Of a stretch of 64,000 nt of DNA, positions 12,564 through 27,359 are shown one piece after another. The stretch covers positions 42,842,001-42,906,000 of the forward strand of contig NC_045138.2 in the NCBI RefSeq assembly GCF_008831285.2. The letters run 5' to 3'. The notes under the pieces were generated by a model. It was not told where the DNA came from, searched no databases, and saw nothing but the letters and a program-made list of their open reading frames with translations. Position numbers and translations under genes: made by a program. How positions within the stretch are numbered: position 1 is the first letter of the stretch; every line of letters begins with the position of its first letter. This DNA is from Nymphaea colorata. Lineage: Eukaryota.

Positions 12564-14413
12564 ATAAGCACTGTTAGTGGTGATTTCATTATTGCTTCAT
12601 CTCTCTTCCATTTCTCTAACAAAATTTAATGCTAATTATATAGGAGGCATACTTTTTTTTGCATTTGAAAATGCCAAATAATATACTTCCAAAATGCAAT
12701 GCATGTTTATTCATATATTTGAAAAGAGGACCGCAGTACATAGAACCTCTCTTAGTTGACATACACTTAACAAACAAATTATGCAAAGTTTCTTGACCAT
12801 GTTTTTAAGACTATGACAAGGTAAAAGGAAAAGATGATTATCATTATGGAATTAAAGAAATCTTAAAGATACATGAGTGACAAAAGGAAAAAAAAAAGTC
12901 ATTGGAACATGGATCACCATTTCCAATTCTTGGACCAAATGCATCATTTCTAGCTTTGTTTTCTTGCATATTTGCACTAGTCACCAGTTGTAGCAAGATC
13001 AGCCACATTTACAACATCATGCTTCTCCATTTTTGAAGGTTCATTTGTTTCCATTAGAGGCTCTTTAATCGGTACCATTGCAACCTCTACTTCTTCTTCC
13101 AACAACTACCCAAACTATATAAATTGCATTAGGATATTTGGACAGGAAACTCTAAGGCAGCACCAAATAGAAAACTTATAGTTGAAAATTTAGCATAAAC
13201 TATCCAAAGCAAATTCAAGTGAACTCCCAATTTTATTTTTGTGTGTGCTTCTTTGGCATTGTTTATATATCTTATTCTTGAATGCAAACAAAAAACATTG
13301 TCTTTGTGAATGCGAAATTAGCATATCTTACAACCACTAATAACTTTGCAATGTCTTTCATTATCAGCTGTATGACCTCCTTGACTCTATCTATCAACCA
13401 ACTATAACTTATTAGCTTGGATAGCATGTTATTAGTTCTTTGTTGCATTAAATAATCAATCAAGAAGGCCTACTCATAGCTAGATTCTTTTCATTTTTTG
13501 TAAGTGCATGTGGAACGATATAATTTTTTTCATTTTTTTTTTCTTTGAGCTGCCATTTTGAGATGTCGTAATAGGCTAGATTGAAATAAAGATGTTCTCA
13601 TCAGAAGGTTTACTAAATCTCATCCTGTATCTCAATTTTCAGAAATGTCATATTGCTAAGCAGTAGTCAATGCCCACTCTTCAACAATACTTGTCTATCC
13701 AATACTCAAAAGACAAAACTAGTGGATACACATTCAAGATCTTCAAATATCAAGTAAGCCTAAATGACTACATGTTAACATCTAAAATAATGGAAGAGTC
13801 TAAAGGAACATACTTGGATCATTGAATAAGCGGTCAATGATGGCCTCCCTCCTTGGCTTACTTGAGATAGAATTGTCCCCAACTACTAAGGCCAACTTTG
13901 ACATCACTGTTTTCTGAGTTTGACATTTCTTCGAGTTAATAGAAGTCTGAGATGAAATTGTATTGACAAATAGAAAAACATATGCCCCATAAAAACTAAC
14001 CTTTTGATGAAAGAGACCCATTTGATAGAAAGGTACAATGAAGTCTTCATGCCTCCAATAGAGGATCCGTGGCAAAATTTATAACATGATATGTTCATCC
14101 CCTTTGATATGTTTCAATAACAAAAACAAACCAACAAAAGCGTCAATACAAACGGACACCCACAAAAACTTTTCAGTCATTATATGCATATAATGAGGTG
14201 CCCTAATCGCAGAGAATAGTAAACAAAGAGTTTGTTCGAACTCGTAAGGTAAGTTTAGCAAGTTGAACTTTACTAAACGCATGTCAGATTTGGTTCAACT
14301 TGTTAGGATCATTAGCTAGTAAATCAAAAACTGCCTCATTTGCCACACATTTTTAACCAAGTACAAATTCCTTTCCATCCTAGTTCATTAGGTATGAGTC
14401 TACTCATATATCC

Positions 14414-14414
<1 letters not shown>

Positions 14415-14476
<62 letters not shown>
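14415..14476. repeat. (TA)n(GA)n compound microsatellite
   Basis: Direct reading of the sequence. Confidence 0.95.
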
Positions 14477-14477
<1 letters not shown>

Positions 14478-14489
14478 CAGAGAAAGAGG

Positions 14490-14700
14490 TTCTGGGTATC
14501 CAGAATTCACCATCTCACTCATGTGGGGCATCTGATTTATTGTGAACCACAGTTAAGATAAAATCAAGGAAAAAAAAGTGATGGACATTTTCATCTTCTA
14601 ATTTGAGTTTACATCTTTTTCCTTTTTTTTTTCTCAGCTGTCCATCATGATGGATTAAATGGTCCCCATGAATGAGCTGGGTGAGTCTAGATGGTTAGAG
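14490..14700. mobile_element. Degenerate foldback MITE
   Basis: TCCAGAATTCACCATCTCACTCATGTGGGGCATC (~14499-14532) is an imperfect inverted repeat of GGTCCCCATGAATGAGCTGGGTGAGTCTAGA (~14660-14691); inner GATGGACA/TGTCCATC pair. No TSD confirmed. Confidence 0.55.
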
Positions 14701-15490
14701 TTACTACTCACTTACTATACACATACACATGCACACATATATGCATGTTTAGTTGTCATGAGTCCCCTTAGCATGAAGAAGACTAACCGCTTATATTGTT
14801 TGTTAATCACATTAATTCACTTTAGTGTTCTACCAAAAAAAGGCAGTCAAATAAAAGAATATTTTTCATCAACCCTCGCTTATATTTTTCATTAATCATA
14901 TTAGTTCACTTCAGTCTGAAAAAAAAAGACAATTAAATCAAAAAATATTTTCAACATACTTTGGTGGCTGATACATTATGCAAGGCCCTCCAAACAGGTA
15001 AGAGTAGCAACAAATGTGTGAACATCTAAAAGTTACCATGTCTGTGTTTGGAGATGTCAATGCTAGAATTTAGAGGAAATTAATCGCCCATCCTTTTGCT
15101 TCCTCTTTTAGCAAAAGCGATCTAAGGAAAGACTGCCCAAAAAGTACAAAAATGATTACAACAGCATATACAATAGCAATTTCCCCAACAACAAGACCTA
15201 CATTTGAGTCTCAGTGGGCTTTACATAAACATGAGTAGAATAGCCTACCAAATGACAGCTTGGGTACCTACAGTAGATCAAATGAAGAAACAATAGAAGA
15301 TTATGCCCTATACGATGACATGCTCCATTTTGGCCCTGTGCTTACGGTACCATTTTGGCCTTGTGCCCACAATACCAGTAGTAAGTGCTATTTGTTGTGC
15401 TATTTCATGGGTGCATTCTAGATGTTCCGGCTTGTAGTTCAAGTTATAAGATGTATAGCCATTTAGAGACCAGCTATCATCAGTTGGTTC

Positions 15491-15633
15491 ATTCCTAGTT
15501 CGACTTTTTTTCTCCTGTTGAACTTTCATGATTATGATCCACCATCCTTTGGGCATTTTTATTCCTAGTTCGACTTTTTTTTTTATCCTGTTGAACTTTC
15601 ATGATTATGATCCACCATTCTTTGGGCATTTCT
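15491..15633. repeat. Tandem duplication, ~70-bp unit x2
   Basis: ATTCCTAGTTCGACTTTTTT...CATGATTATGATCCACCAT...TTTGGGCATTT at 15491-15560 and 15561-15633. Confidence 0.9.
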
Positions 15634-16769
15634 ATTTATACAACATGAAACCAAGTGCTCTAACCACTGATATCGAATATACAATTCCAGTAGCAGTTCT
15701 CACATCAAATGGTCCAAGTGAAGCATCTCACAAATAGTTTGACCTGATACCTGAGATTTATTTAGAGTTCTCCATAAGTTTTGTTTGCATTAATGAAAAG
15801 AATCAAGAAGAAAAAATACCACATCATTTCCAAATAGAATAAGAAAATGTTGAATGATCATAAAAAACAATATGCATTCACATGAAAATCGTGACATTTG
15901 TTCCTTTGAAATTTACTCTAGATCAATGAAAACCTTTAATAGCGCATGAAATTTAAGGAAGTTGTCCTTATCAGAATCAAGAAATTTAATCTCAAGTTTT
16001 TGCGAAGAGTGTTTGATTTCTTCAAAAATCATATTTCCTTTTCTTATTGTTGAAAAAGATAAACTAAAGTGGTTATGTCAACTCTAAGCTTAAAAATTTG
16101 TAATGTATAGTTGGGGAAGCACAACAACACACAACTTGAGCTTTATTCTAAAACATTTTCTCCATTTTGATTAGACAAATCAATCAATGGTGGGGGCATT
16201 AGTTGTTTATTTCAACAAATGAATAGCTAAACATTGTTGCCAAAAAACGATCAGACGCTGAATTTATAAATAGTCATATAGCTAAAAGCCTACAAGTTTA
16301 CAAAGCAAAACCATAATGCCACCAGAAATTGACAGATCCTGTACCGATGGGATAGGTCCCATCTCTCAACTTCCTGCATGAGAGAACATAGGTTAATGTA
16401 TGCAATATTTTCCCCATATTTACAGTCTATGTGCAAGATTGAAAGATGGTGTATTTTTCTAAATACAGTATTATATGTATGTACCGTTGTACCATTAATA
16501 ACTGCTAACAAAATTTTAACCAATTCATTTAATAAGACAGTAAGAAATAGTGGAATAAAGGTCAGTCAAGTGGATATTTTCATAAAAACACAAAAAAAAG
16601 AATAAGTAAATAAGAAGGTTGCAAATGGCATTGTATGTTTTGCTTTTGTTTTGTCATTGTCTACTTATTTATATCTTGTGTGCATGGACATTATTGTCTA
16701 TTTTTTTGCTAGTCTATGTTCAAAATGCATCTTGCACATCTATTATCTTAGCAAGAGGCATATCAGTAA

Positions 16770-19700
16770 CTTGGTGAAGTTGGAAGCAGTTGTGGATTGG
16801 GAGCGACTGAATAGTGTCGTAGATATTAGGTGCTTTCTGGGTTTGACTATTTATTATTGAATATTTATTCATGATTTCTCCAAAATAGCCTTTCTAACGA
16901 CCAATCTCATTTGTAAAGGCATCAAATTTGAGTGGACACTAGAACACAAAGACAACTTCCAACTATTAAAAATAAGTTAAAATCAGCTCTGGTTTTAATT
17001 TTACTATCAGACACTTGAGGTTTCGTTTTCTACACTGATGCTTTTGGCATAGGCATGGGTTGTGTGTTGATGCTGCACAAGAAGGTCATAGCATATGCAA
17101 CGTGATGAATGAAGACTCACAAGAGTAATTACCCAGCCCATGACTTGAAGTTGGTTGCAGTGGTCTCTTTGCTTTGAAAATTTGGAGATACTATCATTAC
17201 AAAGAAAAGTTTCTAGCTTTTACATATCATTAAAGCTTCAAATATGACTTTTCATAGAGGGATCTTAACCTGAAATAGAGGAGATGGATAGAGTTCCATA
17301 AGTGTTATAGCTTCTCGATAACGTACCATCCTCGTAAATAAAATGTTGTGATGGACATGCTAAGTACAAAAGCAGCAACTAGCACAACGATTCTTGTTCT
17401 GAGTGGAAGCTTATATAAGGTCTCATCTCATGAAAGCCAAGCCATTCATGGCCAAGGAAGAATTGATTAGATGGACTCATGTATCACTTAGACCTAAAAT
17501 CTTTGCTCGTATTGTAGAGTTTCAGAAGAAGGCTCTATAATTTTATAAACAAGAAGCCCAAGCCCAATAAAAAGATGCAAATATACAACTAATAGGGGAT
17601 GGTAGTATATGGTATTGTAAGAGAATATGAGTTCTAATAATGCTGAACTGCAAACAAATTGTTGGAGGAGGCATGCAAGTTAAAGTACATGATTCATCAA
17701 GGAGGAATAGACATATACCAATACTCGAAATGAAAATTTTGGTGAGGAGGCATGAAACATTGTTGAGTTTGTCTTTGAGTGCTTAATTGGTTTTAGACAC
17801 CCCAAATTTTACATTTTCAAAATGACCTTTTCACCCACTTTAATGAAGATTTTGTGCTGATTTTCTCAAGTAATTTTCAAATAGAAAGGCCAAAAATCAC
17901 ATAGGCATGGATTTTTTAATCGAAATGTTAGGCAACTAAACCCAAAGCACCTAGCTTGATGTTAAAAAAAAAATAGCCATTTTGTCCCTCTCAACCCTTA
18001 CTCATCAAATAGTTGTGGAATTACTGAGATTATGGTTTACCAATCCAATTATGAAACCACTCATATTTGCAAATCACTGGAGCTTCAATAACCCATTTCT
18101 AGCTTACATTTCGCCAAGCTCAAAATGACCCATTTATGCTATTTTGAGAAATTTCATTACACCAGAATATCTCCTGATCTCACCAACTTTTCCTTTAAAT
18201 TCTTTTCAACGTCAACAAACTATTTTAAGCCATATCCCCAATTTTCAAAGCCCAATTCCCACTATAAACCTTCCATTTCCCTCCATTTTAACTAGAATGA
18301 GCTCATTTAGTCAGTGATTTCTATAATTCTCACTGACGACACTTTGTCAATCGCCACAAGCTCACATTAGAGTGTTGGAGTGTTAGAAGAGTATTTTCAA
18401 AATTACTTCCCACTCATTCATCCAAATTTGAGCTCTACAGAGTTGTCCTCACATCATGCTCACTCTCTCTCCTCCATTTGGAGTGTCTTAATTCGAGTTC
18501 TCTTAATCTATGGCTAGAAATCATGTACTAAGTTAGCAACACGATTTTCATTGTTGAATTGACCATCTTTAGCTCAATTCGAGTTAATTCATCCTAAATC
18601 CAGCTTATTTTTCATTTCCACTCATTTCTCTCACATGTTTGGAGCAATCAGTGTCAACTCAAATTTCTAAGCAAAAATTCTCACAATCCAAGAGTCAGAT
18701 TTGCACATTCTTTGCATCAATGTCATCAGACTTGCTTTGACGAAGCATTATCATCTTTAGTTTAGAATGATCACATATAGATCACATGACTTACCACTAC
18801 TGATGAACTACACTACCTTGTCCAAATCTAGACACTTTTGCTTGTGGCTTTAGAGGTAAATTTTGATCAATCCAGGATTCCAATTTTCAACTTGAGGGCA
18901 CTAATGATTCAGTGTCACTCGAAAAGAATATTAGTGTTTTTGATTTGTCACAAACAAGGTCAAAATCCCAGTTTCTAATTTCACCTTCTACATTTCTATT
19001 TATAAGGTCAATTTCAGCTTGGTCAATTTTGAAAAATGTGATTTTTCAGGGGCAAATCAAGTCACTTTTTCATAAAAATTTTATGAACATATATTTTGAC
19101 CTCATTTCTGAATCTGCAAAGTTAGACTACCGACCTTGATTTGCAAAATATGATGTTTGAATTGGGGACAAAATCCTCATTTGTCAAATGTGCATCATTT
19201 CCATATTTTTCTAAACTAGGAGCCACATGAACTTAACTTATGCATTTTATGTGCTAGACAACATCGCTCATGTAGGGTCTAAACCCACTTTGAACACAGT
19301 TCAACTCAAAACATGAACTCAGTCAACTTAGTTTGACCTAAGCTTAGTCTAGACTTGCATCCAACCTAGTTCATACACAGAACAACCCAGGTCAACCCCC
19401 AAATACTGAACTGGACTTGTAATCTGCATTATTTCTGATCTAGATCTTAGATTTGATATTTAGAACTACTTTTCCCATTCTAGTGCATGATCTAAACCTT
19501 TGGTCTAAATATAAATTCCAAATCCAAACTCAAAATTCAGATCAAGGACTAGATCTCAAGTAAAATGCCTTGATTTGATCTATCCTAAACAGAATCAATC
19601 CTGGTCGTCCATCTCAGGGCTGCTCAGGGTTTCATCTTTTATTAAAAGAGGGCCACTCAAAGTTACCAACCCCTCCTTGGGCCACTCCTATTTTCTTGAA

Positions 19701-19956
19701 AATTATCTTCAAAATCAGCATCATCAGATAAATCTTAACCTTTCATCAAACTTTCAAACAAATCTCAACTATTGATCTAGTATTACCTCAATGATCCAAT
19801 TTTTTTTGTTATTCAAGTTTTCCAAGGGTTAAATTCAAGGAGCTTGGCATGCAGCAAAAAGAAGAAGAGAAGCACAGAAGAAGCAAAGAAGAAGAAAGAA
19901 GAGGAGGAACCCACATGGGCAAGTCCCTCCTTTTCTCTTTTGATCTCCACATCACA

Positions 19957-19996
<40 letters not shown>

Positions 19997-22900
19997 GGAT
20001 TTCACCTAGACTCTCTCTTCTCTTCCACATCCCTCTCTCCTTCTTCATTTGTTACATCAATACACATGCACATGTATGTAGCTTACTTCAATTGCTTTGC
20101 ATACATGTTTAATCTTGCTTGTTTTTACTTAATTTAATTCATGCATTATATAGCTCACATGCATTTAGGTGTTAGTTTATCTTTTTTGGAATTCCAATGT
20201 TTTATTTGGGGATTTTTTTCTAAAACCAAATTTAAGAGATGTTAAAATTTGAGTTACGTGAAAAATCGAGCTTGCTATTGCAAGACATATTTTCATCTGA
20301 ATTCAAATGGGTATATCTCTTAAACCAGAGATCCTTTTCATGAACAACAAAAAAATATGGTTTTCAGTACGTGTTTAGTTTGTGTTTAGAAACTTTTATG
20401 CATTTTTTGTTGCGATTTAACCCTTCTATCGAACCAATTTTCAAAATTGGCTTTTCTGCCTAAGATTTCCGACATAATCGTGTATTGAAATTACTCTAAA
20501 TTGTTTAACTTGGTTCTTTATGTATGTCTAGTTTCTCCACCTAAAATTTCATGTAATTTTGTGCTGATTTAACCTCTCAATTCAATGTTCCACTTAACCT
20601 TGTTTTCTGCAACTTTTTGTAGAATTCCATAGAAGGTAGAATTTTTCCTTGACTTTGCACATGTGTCATTTTCTTTGTCGCTATACTTTTTCAGTGCTTT
20701 CAAGTTCTAAAATTTTTCTATTATGTCATGAATCTATCCCTAAATTTTAAGCCAAAATTAACGTTGCCCCTTCCAAATAGATTCAAAAAGTTGGATACTT
20801 GCACAGTTCACTATAAAAACAAAACTTTCTCACTTTCTTGTTTTAATGTTTTTCTAACTTTTGGTGGCTTTCTCACATACCATAATAGTAGAGAACATAC
20901 CCACCTAATTTTGGATGAAACTGAGTTTTCTAACGCCACTTTCTATCTATTTTAACTTCAGGTAGAAAATGCTACAATGACTTGGTCTACTCTATAGAAT
21001 TTCGGTTTTCAAAACAATGCCAACTTGTTTGATGTATAACTCTTTTGTTTGTAGATCTTTTCTTGTGTTTTAAGTTTTATAGATTCGCTGACATGTAGAA
21101 ATTATATAGTTCAAATTTTGAGATGTTCTATGTAGATTTGATATACCTTTCATATTCGCAAAGTTCGTAATTGAAACTGTTTTTTCTCCACAAAACAATT
21201 CAATAGCCTAGGTTCTCAAGTTCAATCTTTTTGTACATAAAAGTATCTTTGAAAATTTTACTTTTGACTGAAACCTTAATATATAAAGAATCAGTATGCC
21301 AAATTTTGTGATCATAGAACATCACTAAAAAAAATTTTGCATTCATGTAACATTGGCTTTGAAATTATCTTGTTGTTTTTTGATAGATTTCAGGATTTGT
21401 CTACAAATTGTTGTTTTGTAGCAAATTTGTAGATGAATAACCTTTTCAATTCTTTTTCTTTTTCGAATTTATAAAGTTCTATTGACTCTCTGTTATGCAG
21501 AGAATTTGCAATCCAAATTTCAGTTCCATCTAAGTCGTTTCGATATGCTTTCAGTTAGGAAAAGCCATAACAACAAAACTTCACATGAAGTTTGTTTTAT
21601 GCATTGTGTTTCTCCTTCCACATTTTTTTACGAAAAGTAGATTTTTCAGATTTATCACTTGGGATAAATTATTTGATATGTGGAGATTCTTCTCCCAAAA
21701 TGTTGTGAAGATTGGAAGTCATTTACTTACTTTTTAGAACTAATCAACTATGTCATTGAGAACAAATTGTAGCTTTTCTAGTACTTAAAATTGTCTATCA
21801 TCTAATTAGAGTTTTTCCATCCAATTTTTTATTTTTAACCAAATGTTTCTATCTTGTTTTGGTAAAACCACAAATTAATGTGGTTAATCATGTGAATCAT
21901 CATTTTAGGGTCTTAGAATATGTGTATTTGATTAATTGCATTCATGCATAGTTAAATGTGCATTATTCATGTATTATATTTAAAAAACATTGCATTTGGA
22001 CTTCATTAAATGATTTTAAGTTAAATGAGCTTGCAGCAAAAGACTCTTCTCATTAAAGCTTGATTTAACAAGTGAGAAACATTAATTCCAACATGAAGTC
22101 TATGTCATTTCAAAATATGTTGTCATTCATGCATATATATTTGCTTTGCTTTTCTTTATTTTCATTAATATCTTGTTTGTGTGTATCCATGTAGTTTGTT
22201 TTTGTAATGCATCCATTTATTCCAAAAAATGCACACAAAATTATGTTTCATATTAATCAAGTTAGAATTATCAAATATATATATTCACCAACATCCCACG
22301 TATATACTTGTTCTAAGTTGATTATATGAAAATATAATTTAGCAAATCAAAATTTTCTAATGTACATTTCCAAATCGGCCTATTTCAATTTTTTTCTAAA
22401 AACCTACATTCATTTACGATTAAGATCTAATCTTCAGTGTTAAGCCTACCTAAGACTCTAATTTTCTCTCAATATCTCAACCAAGACTTGATATTAACTC
22501 CATAACCATATACCTAGACCTAACCCACAATGAAACCCTAGTCAAGTTAAACCTAAACCTTAGTTAGGTTAGACATATGGACCCTAGAATAATTGGATCC
22601 AAATCTAAGTAGATTGGATTTAAATCTTGCATTTGAATCAAATGCAAAGTTGGATTTGAATTTGACAAAGTTTACGTGACTTGGATTTCAAGGATCTAAG
22701 AAATCGGATTGTTAGACACAGACCTTGTGAGAATTGGATTCTAAATTGGGACTTTACAATAACATCTTTGGATTTAAATCCCATACAACCTCGAATCAAG
22801 ATTTCAAACTCTTATTCTAGACCTAACAGACCAAAATCCTAAATCCCTAAACCCTGAGAATGGAATGTCAGACTTCACTGTGGATTTAAATCATGGACTT

Positions 22901-24600
22901 TGAATCAAATGGCATTTATGAATTGGATTCATATCTTCCAACCAACTCCTAGTTAGGATTTGAACTTAAATCCCCTTTGGAATGACCCTAAGTGCAAACC
23001 ATGTATCTAAATTGATTATTGAATATTTAGATCATTCTTACTCTATTAATATGGATCTGAAATTTCAATGAGTACCTCTCTAGGCACATCTCCTAAACCT
23101 AGGACATGATCTCAATTATGCATTAAATATAGATTAGATATTAGAATTAGTTTTCTAAAATTTTGGATAATTCACTTAGTTTTCTAAAATTCTTCCATTT
23201 TCAAATTCAAGGCAGCCATTTGCATTTAGGTTTGAGGACAATCATATTTTAGGACCTAAAATACTTATTCTAATCCTTGATCTAATTACTTCTATTAAAG
23301 GTAATAGGAACACTCAAATCTTGCACCGACGAGTCGAGTGCTATCTCTCGCAAACCCCTACAATGAGAATGCAGAGGTAAGTTAATATTTGATTTTTTCA
23401 TCCCATATGAATGGTCATATGTAAGATCACAAACTTTTGTGTGACAACATTTGCCAACAAGTGAGGGTAGAATACTAGCGACCAAGTGGGATGATGCAAC
23501 TATTGGAGCTTCCCTGGTGGAAGTTGGACCACATTACCATGGACTACATTGTTGGACTTCTGAAAATGAAGAGTCAACAGGACTTAATTTGGGTGATTGT
23601 GGACAACTTAACCAAATCTACTCATTTTCTACCCTTCAAATCTCACATAGTTTAGACAGTTTGGTAGAGTTACATGTAGCATAGATCGCACATTGTATGT
23701 TGTTCCCAAGATGATGAGTTTGGATCGAGATCCTTGATTTACATCGAGACTTTGTAAGCAGTTGCAGAAGGTGCTTGGAACCAATTTGAAGTTCAGAACA
23801 ACATTTCACCCACAAATCAATGGTCAGTCTGAAAGAACCATTCAAACCATAGAAGATGTTACAGTCTTGTGCTCTAGAGTGGAATCGCCATTGGAATAAG
23901 CATGTTAGTTTGATGAAATTTACTTACAACAATAGTTTTTATGTGAGTAAAAGCATCACACCATTTAAAACCTTGTATTGTAGACCTTGCATATTCTCGC
24001 TTTGTTAGGATGATGCCAAAGGAAACACCATCGAGAAACCACTTTCATTGTAGCATCACATAGATCCAGTGGGACTGGTTCATAAACGAATTTTGGTAGC
24101 TCAAGATAGAAGAATTATACAGACCAGAAATGAAAGGAGATTAGTTTTGAAGCTGATGATCATGTATTTGCTTGAGTTTCACCTACTAAGAACATGTTCA
24201 GATTTGACAGGAAGGGCAAGTAGAGTCCTACTAGGACCATTTGAAGTGTTGGAGCAAATTGATGAAGTTGCATACTGAATCCTGTTACCTCCTGGTTATA
24301 ATGAAATTCACAATGTATTTCATGTGTCCATTCTCCATAAGTACATACCAGATTCGTCACATATGATTCAACATGAAGATATTGCTCTATAGGAGAACAC
24401 TACAAATGGAGGTTGGCCAGTGGGGATCATAGATCTAATGGAGCAGATATTGAGGAATAAGGCTATACCACTGGTCAAGGTGCACTGGTTGCATCATGCA
24501 TCGAATAGTACGCTTGGGAGCCTGAGGCAGATATGTGAGCTAAATATCTATACTTGTTTGGTAAGAATTGAAATTTCAAGGATGATTTTTTTTTTGGGAG
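16770..24600 (+). mobile_element. Decayed Ty3/gypsy chromovirus (Tekay/Del-like) pol, split by a nested insertion
   Basis: 16770-17790: RT end (LEAVVDWERL...IRCFLGL) and RNase H (DAFGIGMGCVLM, NYPAHDLKL), up to the integrase zinc-finger CLI. Resumes at 23450 with CQQV, integrase core, GPFEVLEQIDEVAY and chromodomain ILRNKAIPLVKVHW. Many stops. Confidence 0.88.
17792..23449 (+). mobile_element. Probable ~5.7-kb solo LTR (long-LTR Tat/Ogre-like gypsy) nested in the older gypsy integrase
   Basis: Non-coding block starting T(T)TAGACACCCCAAATTTTAC and ending ...TTTTGTGTGACAACA; host reading frame CLI|CQQV rejoins across it; degenerate TSD TTGGT/TTTGC; no PBS or ORF. Lineage is inference. Confidence 0.7.
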
Positions 24601-25770
24601 GTAGGGTAATCCATAATAAATGAATAATAATTAAAAAATATAATTAATTTTAACAATTAAAAATATTATGAACCATTGCATTGCTTTGAACACTATGAAG
24701 GGACATGACTTTTCATTATCTTCTTCTTCCCTTTTTCATTTTCTATGATTGCCCTGACAGTTAGTTTGTTTTGGTCGTGTACTAACCGTTGGTATGTTGG
24801 TTTGTTTTGGTCGTGTACCCTTGGTATGTTGACTTCATCACTTCTGGTGTGCTTTTCAGCCTTTAGTCAACGTATATTGCTAACCCATATTTATATCACA
24901 TGCATAAGTCTTACGTTATGGCACTTTTATAGCATTGCAAACCATGCACATAAAATGGGTGACTTACAGCTTATGTCTTCTTTATTGCCAATCTCATTTT
25001 CTTGTCAGAATAGAGCATGCATAGGCAGTTTATACATGGATGAGCATTGATATGGTGACCTAGAATGCATCATATTATCCAATTAACATGACCTTATATA
25101 TATAAGACCTTATATATATATATATATATATATATGCTGTTCTCATTATAAAGTAGAACTTGGCATGTTCTCAGACCTTTGCCATAGTCGATACACCTAT
25201 GAGGGATTAGACATTGACGTGGTGGCATAACCACGCTGTTAAAAAAAAAAAAAATCTGTTCGAGTCCCTGACTATCCCCCTCTTTATATTTTATATGTGC
25301 TTTCATCGTAGTTACGTTCTTCCTTGAATGTGCAGCATTTCATGTGGCTTTTCCCTCAACTGCTATATTCTTTCATTAGGAGAACTTTCGGCAGGTGTTA
25401 GAGTAAATTATACACCAGAAAATAAAATAAAAAATCTAATTGAGAAAAAAGGTCCAATGAAGAGGACCAAGTTTAAGTAGAGGGGACACCCTGTGCGGAC
25501 ATGGGTTCATTGTGCAAACGGTGAATCCCTCAACCTACGTTAGGAAAGGAATCATGTAAATCAAATAAAGTAATAATAATTACAATGATAACAATAAGGG
25601 GCTCACATTAGGCATGATTGGCATTATACGACCAGATTCGGCTAGTCACTGACGGTGGCCAGAAGCCACCATTGCTGGCTCTGGTCTACCCAAATTCTTC
25701 GAAACCATAAGGGAATGAGAAGAATAAACAGAAATTAATAATAAATAAAAACATAAATAAAAAGACTTAC

Positions 25771-26900
25771 TGTTTATGTGAAACCTTTTTCAATCTTGCA
25801 TATGGAACGTTATAAAAAGGAAAAAACCGTAACCATACTTGCCTATGTTTTTTTGTGTGAGAATCCGAGAGATAGGCCCGTCCGATTCGTACGAGGTTTG
25901 ACTGTCCCTGACATCTGAGTTTAATGGCCTAACATCTAAAGACTTGATTGTCATCCTGATCCAAAATGAATAAAAGCAAACGTGCCCTAGGATTTTAAAA
26001 TAAATGATTTTGAAAAACTAAATAGATCATTCAAAGTTCATCCATTTGAGCAGAAAAGTTACAAAAGAGATGCAGTTCAATTATGCGTTCACCATTAATC
26101 GATGCAAACGTGATCCTAAATCTATATGATGCATACAAAATTGATCATATATACTAAAGATCTGGTCACTAAGGTTCGAGTTATGAGTTGTGGGCTAAAG
26201 GGGCTAATTCAAATCCAAATTTAAATAAGATTGAATTGTAGGTTTAATTACTTGTGATGATTTAATCCAAAGCACACAAATTAGATCACGGTTTACACAG
26301 GTTCAAAATTCAAGAATTAGATTCTAGGGCCTAAGAAACCCAATTACTTATTCTAGTACTAGAAATACAAAATCCAATATCTAATGTCCAAGTTCAAAAT
26401 TTGGGAGATGTAATGTCCAAACTCTAGGATAGGAGATCTGATATCCATGATCAAATGTTTGAAATTTTATCCAAAGTCCTAGATGTAATTGGTTCTAGAT
26501 CCAAAATCCAATAATAAAGGGCCATTTATCATAATCAAGTATTTGGGATCAACTAGACCCAATGTGGACCGTCAAAATCCTATAATCCAAGTTCTATATT
26601 CATGATCCAAGATTCTAGATTCAAATCTATGACTCAAGCTCCAGATCTAGTTCATTGTATCTCTTAAGGTTTGAAATATAAATGTGAATTATTTGATCTG
26701 GACTCTAGGTTGAAATCTAAGGTCTAATTTAGAAGGTCAGATCTACCGAATTCAATTTAATATCTAATTCTTTATAGATGTACATGTAGGTTGGACCCAA
26801 CCTGGTCTGTTTGAAGTTTTGTCAATTAGCTATAACAAGTTTAGGTTGTAATTACATTTAGTGTAATTGGATAGCATTTCAATTAAATTAAGAATTACTT
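25771..26900 (-). mobile_element. 3' part of a long LTR related to 17792-23449, inverted
   Basis: 25771-26030 resembles the reverse complement of ~23150-23449 (CGAGAGATAG, TGATTGTC, GAAAACTAA blocks in the same order); terminus TGTTT at 25771. Right boundary approximate. Confidence 0.55.
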
Positions 26901-27359
26901 TTTGATAAAAAAACGTATGGGTCCATTGGAGAAGACACCCTTCTATCTTGCTATCTCTCTCTCTCTCTAACTCTCTCCTCTCCATCTCTTTTATATCTTC
27001 CTTATGCTCTTAACCTTTTCCCCTTGGTGGCATCTTCGTAAAGTGTCTTGCGAGCTAGGGTTAGGCATTTAGTATTTTACTTTTAACATGTTTATTGAGG
27101 GTTCGGTGGTTGACTATTTGTAGAACAAATTCGAGATCCCCCCTCCAAGAGCTCCTTTCTGGTGTCATGCTCGTGACATATCACCTTGATGAAACACAAG
27201 CACTATAAAACATCAGGCAAAATGTTAGAGCCACAAGTGATGAAATACACTAATAGAAATCTTCAGACGATAGTAACACTTGCATAAAAGAATCTTTGCT
27301 CACTATAACAATTATGCTCTTGCAATCACTATACCCAAACAATCAAACCAGAGAGAGAG

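Noticed and set aside
15491..15633. Repeated ~70-bp units as a CRISPR-like or array system
   Set aside because: Only two adjacent copies with no spacer, in a eukaryotic context; an ordinary tandem duplication.
12900..15780. Short minus-strand frames (LEEEVEVAMVPIKEP..., VMSKLALVVGDNSISS..., DASLGPFDVRTATG...) as further spinster exons
   Set aside because: None resembles the expected adjacent spinster segments or any protein I recognise.
19809..20137. Low-complexity ORFs in the track (also 32566-32940 and 35317-35523)
   Set aside because: Products of (CT)n, (GA)n or (CA)n repeats, with no coding evidence.
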